The notes under the pieces: model-generated
Told to the model about the DNA's origin: nothing
Databases searched by the model: none
What the model saw: only the letters and a program-made list of their open reading frames with translations
NCBI GenBank assembly: GCA_049602055.1
Contig: JBMYRG010000013.1
Coordinates: forward strand, 12,384-76,383
Source of the DNA: Alphaproteobacteria bacterium
GTDB taxonomy: Bacteria; Pseudomonadota; Alphaproteobacteria; MPNO01; UBA2964
DNA: 64,000 nt
Direction of reading: 5' to 3'
Translations under genes and position numbers: made by a program
Shown: positions 58,660-64,000 of the stretch, one piece after another
Layout of the letters: each line of letters starts with the position of its first letter
Position numbering within the stretch: position 1 is the first letter of the stretch

Positions 58660-58992
58660 GTGGTGGATGATCGACTCCCCACCCATATCTGGATCGACGC
58701 CCACCTGAAACGCTGTTCGGTAGCGGGCATTCCAGCCGTCGTCGTTCATTCGGGCGAAAAAATGGGCGGCACAGTACTGCTAAAGATTTATCAAGCGGGC
58801 ATCGGATGTCGATTACTATCCCAAATGCGCGATTTCGACGGAAATTTGAGCTGGTACCCTGCTCATGATGAGCAGGTCATTGACGAGCGCGATGCAGATG
58901 AGCGTATTCGCAAATCAGTCGACCGCGATCCGGATCTTTGGGTTATAGAAATTGAAAGCCGTGACGGCTCTCTGCCAGTTGACGGACTATAA
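58660..58992 (+). CDS. DUF1491-like small protein (GTG start)
   Basis: 110 aa conserved alphaproteobacterial-type protein ('LPTHIWIDAHLKRC...'). Confidence 0.45.
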   Translation: MVDDRLPTHIWIDAHLKRCSVAGIPAVVVHSGEKMGGTVLLKIYQAGIGCRLLSQMRDFDGNLSWYPAHDEQVIDERDADERIRKSVDRDPDLWVIEIESRDGSLPVDGL

Positions 58993-59008
58993 GAAGTATT
59001 TCGAGATA

Positions 59009-59341
59009 TTAATCGGCAAAAGCAGATTTTAAACGGCCAAACAGGCCCTTTTTTGGCGCTGCACGGCGTTTGCGATCCGGATGTGTGCGTGCCCCGGAAT
59101 CCTGCAACCATCGCCCGCCAGACTTCTTAACGTTGGCGTTTTCTTTCGTACAAAGGATTTTGAAGTCGCCGTCGTCGTTAACTTTGTAATACGCAATTTT
59201 TGCAATTTTTGGGTCATCCGCAAAACGACGCGCTGCATCACTGTCAGCTTCCATACGTGATTGAATATTGCTGTATTCGCATTTGCCTTCCTTGATCTCT
59301 TGACCAGGATAGCAAATATAAATTTCGGTCGTGCCTGACAT
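59009..59341 (-). CDS. Hypothetical protein (110 aa)
   Basis: ORF with a basic C-terminus. No motif recognised. Confidence 0.3.
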   Translation of the reverse strand: MSGTTEIYICYPGQEIKEGKCEYSNIQSRMEADSDAARRFADDPKIAKIAYYKVNDDGDFKILCTKENANVKKSGGRWLQDSGARTHPDRKRRAAPKKGLFGRLKSAFAD

Positions 59342-59531
59342 GTGCCTTGGCCTCTAATAATGGAGCATTATTGGTTTGAAACTTAACCACAAAAATTTTC
59401 CAAATTGTTAACGTTAAGACGAAAAGTAGATATGTGTGCTAATTGCCTAACGCTGGCACGAATTCGAAGTTTTGATAGACTGAAGGCAAATCCAATCGAG
59501 AATTGTGGCCACCCCTTCAGGAGAAACAAGT

Positions 59532-60647
59532 ATGAGTGATCCCAAAGTTTTCATTTTTGCGCCGGTCGACCAGGCCGATGAATGTCACCAAAAGCTGGAA
59601 AATTACGGATGCGAACTTTCGATGGGTCAGGCCGGCTGGCATTCTCCACAAGGTGACAACGAACAGGATATGATTGGAATGGCCAAGGAAGCCGATGCCC
59701 TTATGGGAACGTCGATACGGTCCAGCCCGATTACCCGAAGTATCATGGAGTCCAGCCCCAACTTGCGAGTCGTTGCCAAATGCACGGTTGGAACCGATGA
59801 TGTCGATGTTGAGGCAGCGACAGAGCTAGGTATTCTAGTGTGTCACGCGCCGACCGAATCCAATTGCTACGGTGTCGCTGAGGGAACAGTTGCCTTTATT
59901 CTTGCGACGATCAAAAAGCTCAATCAACGGGATGCCGCCGTGAAAAGCGGAAATTGGCGTGATCCCAGTTTAATGGGCCAATATCTTGGTCGTCGGACCA
60001 CCGACGACTATCCAGGACTTACGATTGGCCTCATCGGACTAGGTAGAATCGGTGCCCGCGTCGCGCAGCTATTCGCGCCTTGGCGTATGCGAATAATCGC
60101 CTGTGACCCTTATATCGATGATGAAAGGTTTATCCGAAACGGCGTCGAGAAGGTCGATATGGATACGTTGTTGGCTGAATCAGACATTGTCAGCATGCAT
60201 TGCGTAAATACCAAAGAAACCTCAAAGCTGATGGATGCCGAGAAGTTCGCAAAAATGAAACCAACGGCGATTTTTGTGAATACGTCCCGGGGTGCCAATG
60301 TCGATGAGGCTGCATTGGCTGATGCTCTGGAAAATGACGTCATTGCAGCGGCAGCGATCGATGCGTTTGCTGACGAACCCATCGATACTAACTCACGGTT
60401 AAAGAAGCTAGGCGACAAAGTAATCCTGTCACCTCATATGGTATCTTCCAATCAGGCCAGCGGTCTCGGGCCAGGCTATATCTGGGCGACGAACGCTGTA
60501 CTTCAGGCATTGGCTGGCGAAGTTCCAAACAATGTCTTCAATCCAGAAGTTATTGAACGTTGGAAGGAACGGTTTGGCGGGACTACCGTCATCACGGCAA
60601 ATGAGCCGGTTCCTGATCACCCCGGCTACGGACCGCCTAACCCGTAG
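59532..60647 (+). CDS. D-isomer-specific 2-hydroxyacid dehydrogenase (NAD-binding)
   Basis: 'GLIGLGRIGARVAQ' (GxGxxG), and a catalytic 'H' in 'LSPHM'. The start is set at MSDPKVFIF, which has an AGGAGA RBS. Confidence 0.8.
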   Translation: MSDPKVFIFAPVDQADECHQKLENYGCELSMGQAGWHSPQGDNEQDMIGMAKEADALMGTSIRSSPITRSIMESSPNLRVVAKCTVGTDDVDVEAATELGILVCHAPTESNCYGVAEGTVAFILATIKKLNQRDAAVKSGNWRDPSLMGQYLGRRTTDDYPGLTIGLIGLGRIGARVAQLFAPWRMRIIACDPYIDDERFIRNGVEKVDMDTLLAESDIVSMHCVNTKETSKLMDAEKFAKMKPTAIFVNTSRGANVDEAALADALENDVIAAAAIDAFADEPIDTNSRLKKLGDKVILSPHMVSSNQASGLGPGYIWATNAVLQALAGEVPNNVFNPEVIERWKERFGGTTVITANEPVPDHPGYGPPNP

Positions 60648-60670
60648 CGTCGATCAAGGCACCTTTCGTT

Positions 60671-60925
60671 CTATTTCTTTTTTTTCGTCAAACCGATCAG
60701 GAAGAAAACCAACCAGATCGGCACGACGACGACGGCGCCCAGCAGGACGTATTTCAAGGACCATTTGAGGAAGCTGAGAACAACCTCATAGATATCTACG
60801 ACCGTTTCTCCGAGATTCTCGACCAGAGAACGTGGGCTGATATCAAAAAATGCCAGCGCGAGTCCGACCAGAAGAGAAAAAATCACGATTTTGATGATCG
60901 TAGAAACGGCAGTATTGGACATCAT
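60671..60925 (-). CDS. Small membrane protein (84 aa, 2 TM), function unknown
   Basis: Two hydrophobic helices. C-terminal KKKK. Confidence 0.35.
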   Translation of the reverse strand: MMSNTAVSTIIKIVIFSLLVGLALAFFDISPRSLVENLGETVVDIYEVVLSFLKWSLKYVLLGAVVVVPIWLVFFLIGLTKKKK

Positions 60926-61304
60926 ACTCTTCCTGGCTCGCTACAAATTCACGAAATCAACCGTCTCTACTGTTTTTGAGCTTCGGCGATTTTCTTATCA
61001 GTATTATATTGGCTTAGCGCGTAAACCGCCCAAATTGCAGCGGGAATCCAGCCAATCAGCGTGAGCTGCAGAATGATGCAGATTATGCCTTGGGTTTTTT
61101 GGCCAATAAAAACGAACGAAACCAAGGTAGCAATATTGCCAACAATAACCGAACTATAAATTCCTCCGCGCGATAATCAACATTAGCCCAGACTAACAAC
61201 ATGAATTTACCGTGAATTTATAGGGGACCAATAAGAATCTGTCACCTTATCGTCAAAACAACCAAACTCTTGCACCACGGTATTGGACAGGTTAGTGAAG
61301 GCGA

Positions 61305-62030
61305 ATGTCACAAGAAGATACTGCATTGGTAATTTTTTCCGGCGGGCAAGACAGCTCGACCTGCCTCGCATGGGCCGTCGAAAACTTCGCCCGTGTTGAA
61401 ACTGTTGGTTTCGATTATGGCCAACGGCATTCGGTAGAGCTCGACTGTGGAAAGCAGGTTTTGGCCGCAGTGCGTCGAGCCTTTCCGGCGTGGCAGCGAA
61501 AGCTGGGAGACGACCATCTGCATGCAATCCCCGTGCTTGGCAATATCAGTGAAACAGCACTCACCCGAGATACAGAAATTGCCTTCGCCGAAGGCGGCCT
61601 CCCCAATACGTTTGTTCCGGGTCGGAACCTGATCTTCCTGACGCTTGCTGCCGCAATCGCGTATCGTCGTGGCATTCAGCATATCATCGTCGGTGTGGGT
61701 GAGGTCGATTATTCGGGTTATCCCGACTGCAGGGAAGATTCTATCTCCTCAATGGAAGACGCTCTCAATATCGGCATGGAGTCTGACTTCATCCTGCACA
61801 CGCCTTTGATGCACCTCGATAAAACCGCGATCTGGGAAATGGCTGACCAAATTGGCGGCCCAGAACTAACTGATATTATTATAGAATACAGTCACACCTG
61901 CTATCTCGGAGACCGTAATACGCGGCACGATTGGGGATATGGTTGTGGGCATTGTCCAGCCTGTGCCTTACGGGCGTCGGGGCATGAGGGTTTTATTGAA
62001 CAGACTGTCAAAGCTGACAAAACGACTTAA
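61305..62030 (+). CDS. queC: 7-cyano-7-deazaguanine synthase
   Basis: PP-loop '[12 protein letters not shown]', and a C-terminal Zn cluster 'CGHCPAC'. Length is 241 aa. Confidence 0.9.
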   Translation: MSQEDTALVIFSGGQDSSTCLAWAVENFARVETVGFDYGQRHSVELDCGKQVLAAVRRAFPAWQRKLGDDHLHAIPVLGNISETALTRDTEIAFAEGGLPNTFVPGRNLIFLTLAAAIAYRRGIQHIIVGVGEVDYSGYPDCREDSISSMEDALNIGMESDFILHTPLMHLDKTAIWEMADQIGGPELTDIIIEYSHTCYLGDRNTRHDWGYGCGHCPACALRASGHEGFIEQTVKADKTT

Positions 62031-62035
62031 TAACC

Positions 62036-62620
62036 ATGTATGATTTAGGATCAAAGATTTCATCAATGAAACCCAATCGGCTCGAAGGATACATTTTTCT
62101 TGGGGCCTTCGCCCTCACTATTCCAGCCGCGAACTGGTTAATTGGTAATGCCGGAACTGTTTGTCTGGATAAAGGCCCTTGTCTGATACCCGTTGCGCCA
62201 GGGCTTATGGCGCCAAGCGGGGTTCTGATGATTGGCCTTGCTCTTGTTCTCCGCGACCTGGTCCAACGTCGGCTCGGCGCTATATTCGCGATCAGCGCTA
62301 TCCTTGCAGGCGCGGCCCTGTCAGCCTTTCTCGCGCCACCCTCCTTGGTCCTGGCATCAGGAGCGGCCTTTTTGTTGTCTGAGCTCGCCGACTTTGCGGT
62401 TTATACGCCACTTCAGCGCCGCCGTTTAGTCCTCGCTGTTTTTGCAAGTGGCATCGTCGGGTTAACGATAGACAGCGCTGTTTTCCTCTATCTGGCCTTT
62501 GGCAATCTGGATTTTATAGCCGGCCAAATTGTCGGCAAGAGCTGGATGATTATCCTGGCCCTTCCAGCAATTATGTGGATACGTCAAAGAGACGAACGGC
62601 TTGGTATTCAGCCGGCCTGA
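62036..62620 (+). CDS. Queuosine-precursor transporter (YhhQ/DUF165 family)
   Basis: Six TM segments. 'GYIFLGAFALTIPAANWLIGNAG' and 'FLLSELADFAVYTPLQRR' are typical of COG1738. It lies immediately downstream of queC. The start may be the MKPNRLEG Met (62066). Confidence 0.65.
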   Translation: MYDLGSKISSMKPNRLEGYIFLGAFALTIPAANWLIGNAGTVCLDKGPCLIPVAPGLMAPSGVLMIGLALVLRDLVQRRLGAIFAISAILAGAALSAFLAPPSLVLASGAAFLLSELADFAVYTPLQRRRLVLAVFASGIVGLTIDSAVFLYLAFGNLDFIAGQIVGKSWMIILALPAIMWIRQRDERLGIQPA

Positions 62621-62631
62621 AAAACGCTACG

Positions 62632-63162
62632 CTAATTTGACTTCAAATGGGCGTCCCGACGCTCATATAGCTCATCATCAGCATATCCCATCGTTTCCGG
62701 AATACCACGCCCCAACATGACCTGAAACCATACGGGTTCAAGGCTGGTATTATCGTAGCCATGAATGACGCCGGGGGGACAGGTGATACAATCCCATTTT
62801 CCAAGACGGGTTGTTATCCGGTTCCCCTCTTCATCTTCGACGAAGGCATCAAGATGCCCTTTCAAGACAAAGAACGTCTCTTCAACCTCGTGCGTGTGTG
62901 GCGCATTCCCCTGTCCTGGCTCGACATACATGATACTCAGAGTATGGGCGCGCGGCGGTATAGCGTTCATATCGCCATGTTTACCTGAGCCGCCAGCACC
63001 AATAAACCGATGCTGAGCCCGCTTCCAGCCCTCGATCTTGGCGTCTTCAAAAGCTTCCCAATCGGGTATCCGATCCTTAAACCGTGCGACATACTGCTCC
63101 ATGATGTCTTCGATCGATGTATCAACGAGTTCAGGCGGACGGGGGTGACGGGCAACAGCCAT
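62632..63162 (-). CDS. Cupin-domain protein
   Basis: 'VEPGQGNAPHTHEVEETFFVLKGHL' is a cupin motif 1 (G(x)5HxH(x)3,4E). Confidence 0.65.
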   Translation of the reverse strand: MAVARHPRPPELVDTSIEDIMEQYVARFKDRIPDWEAFEDAKIEGWKRAQHRFIGAGGSGKHGDMNAIPPRAHTLSIMYVEPGQGNAPHTHEVEETFFVLKGHLDAFVEDEEGNRITTRLGKWDCITCPPGVIHGYDNTSLEPVWFQVMLGRGIPETMGYADDELYERRDAHLKSN

Positions 63163-63259
63163 GTGGATTCTCCATTAACAGATTATAGCGAAACCGAAAC
63201 ACGCCAAACGGCGCGCGTCAATGTCACGTTTCCAAAATCAAAATGGGATCTCTGGCGCG

Positions 63260-64000
63260 CTAAGCAGACTTGCGTTCAGAATATTCCGAAAGCTCTTCAT
63301 AGAGAGGGCCACCTTCAATCGTGCAGCGTCGCAGCAAGCGGGGCTCTTCGGGGTCGAACCAGGTCCGCCCATGGATGGCGCAGCGATTATCCCACATGAC
63401 GAAATCACCCAACTCCCACTCATGTTCGTAAATCACCTCGGGATTTTCACCAGCAGCATAAAGTTCCTCAAGGATCGCTTCGCTTTCCTCATGGCTAACG
63501 CCTTCTATGCGCTGCGTCATCAGTCGATCAACAAACATTGATTTACGCCCGGACTCAGGATGGGTGACAAATACTGGGTGATACCAATGTGGGATATGGC
63601 TGATATCGCCTGAGATATCGACACGGGCGCGCCGCTCATATTGGTGAATATGGAGAGCTTTTTTCCCCGCGAGCTTGTTTTTCAACTCCTCGCTAAGGGA
63701 GTCATAGGCCTTATACATATTGCCAAAAAGAGTGTTACCGCCCTTAGAAGGCAACTCAACGCCATAGAGGAATGTGTAGGTATATGGGTTCTTCGCGTAA
63801 CCAGAATCAATATGATACCACATATCTCCATCGCCAAAGGAGCCGACCGGCTTGCCATCAAGCATTTTATTGCTGACCAGCATCACGCGTTGATCGTTTT
63901 GTAATACGCCTGTAGTCCGCTCTTTCAGCTCTTTCGGCGGCGCCTTACGCTCGCCGAGATCGCCAAACCGACCGGCGAAGCGTAACTGTTCTTCTTCGGT
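63260..64000 (-). CDS. TauD/TfdA-family Fe(II)/2OG dioxygenase (paralog 4), 5' end beyond the window
   Basis: 'HIDSGYAKNPY...LPSKGGNTLFGNMYKAY...WDNRCAIHGRTWF'. The reading frame stays open through position 64000. Confidence 0.8.
   Translation of the reverse strand, partial: TEEEQLRFAGRFGDLGERKAPPKELKERTTGVLQNDQRVMLVSNKMLDGKPVGSFGDGDMWYHIDSGYAKNPYTYTFLYGVELPSKGGNTLFGNMYKAYDSLSEELKNKLAGKKALHIHQYERRARVDISGDISHIPHWYHPVFVTHPESGRKSMFVDRLMTQRIEGVSHEESEAILEELYAAGENPEVIYEHEWELGDFVMWDNRCAIHGRTWFDPEEPRLLRRCTIEGGPLYEELSEYSERKSA

Noticed and set aside
58651-58662. VOC protein and the DUF1491 ORF are in the same frame, separated by a single TAA
   Set aside because: Unlike the two other in-frame-stop cases, the flanking ORFs belong to unrelated families, and DUF1491 has its own GTG start. 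This is coincidental frame sharing.
59430-59460. 'ctggcacgaattcgaag' resembling the -24 TGGCAC element of sigma-54 promoters upstream of the 2-hydroxyacid dehydrogenase
   Set aside because: The -12 element (TTGCA/T) is absent at the correct spacing. There is no enhancer-binding protein gene nearby.
1-64000. Search for tRNA/rRNA genes, CRISPR repeats, and transposase/integrase/IS inverted repeats
   Set aside because: No T-loop-like GGTTCGAATCC-type motifs in intergenic regions. No direct-repeat/spacer arrays. No transposase, integrase or phage-like ORFs. Intergenic space is very limited; the largest gaps are about 350-380 bp.

Overview
This 64-kb window is almost entirely coding, roughly 50-55% GC, and looks chromosomal. 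Several families point to an alphaproteobacterium: a tripartite tricarboxylate (TTT) transporter, a BP26/SIMPL protein, DUF1491 and DUF1800/DUF1501. I found no rRNA, tRNA, CRISPR array, transposase, integrase or transcriptional regulator.

Main blocks:
1. Catabolic island, 1-19.9 kb. It holds three tandem TauD/TfdA dioxygenases (a fourth is cut by the window's 3' edge at 63.3-64 kb), a PhyH dioxygenase, an IPNS-like 2OG oxygenase, an alpha/beta hydrolase, the TTT transporter genes tctC-tctA-tctB, an FAD dehydrogenase, a UbiD-family decarboxylase, an AMP-forming CoA ligase, a methyltransferase, a TPP-dependent enzyme and an HcaT-like MFS transporter.
2. Conserved hypotheticals, a second UbiD paralog and two EamA transporters, 20-27 kb.
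3. A six-gene tandem array of paralogous EamA/DMT transporters at 27.0-33.0 kb on the minus strand. Every junction overlaps (ATGA or GTGA), and a Nu-class GST sits at the 3' end. Four more EamA genes lie elsewhere, giving ten in 64 kb.
4. A queuosine cluster, queA-tgt-queF-queG, at 39.4-43.1 kb. queC and a YhhQ-like precursor transporter lie at 61.3-62.6 kb.
5. A lower-GC segment at 43.1-46.7 kb. It encodes a Ser/Thr-rich secreted protein with a PEP-CTERM-like tail that is interrupted by one in-frame TAG, an S1C/PDZ protease, and a metzincin zinc protease with a similar tail.
6. A DUF1800/DUF1501 pair at 50.5-53.0 kb. Both are disrupted: one in-frame TAA, and one frameshift in a C5 run.
7. A Fe(III)/polyamine-type ABC transporter (ATPase, SBP, fused permease), a VOC enzyme, and assorted oxidoreductases.

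Functional names are family-level guesses from motifs I read in the translations. No database search was possible.
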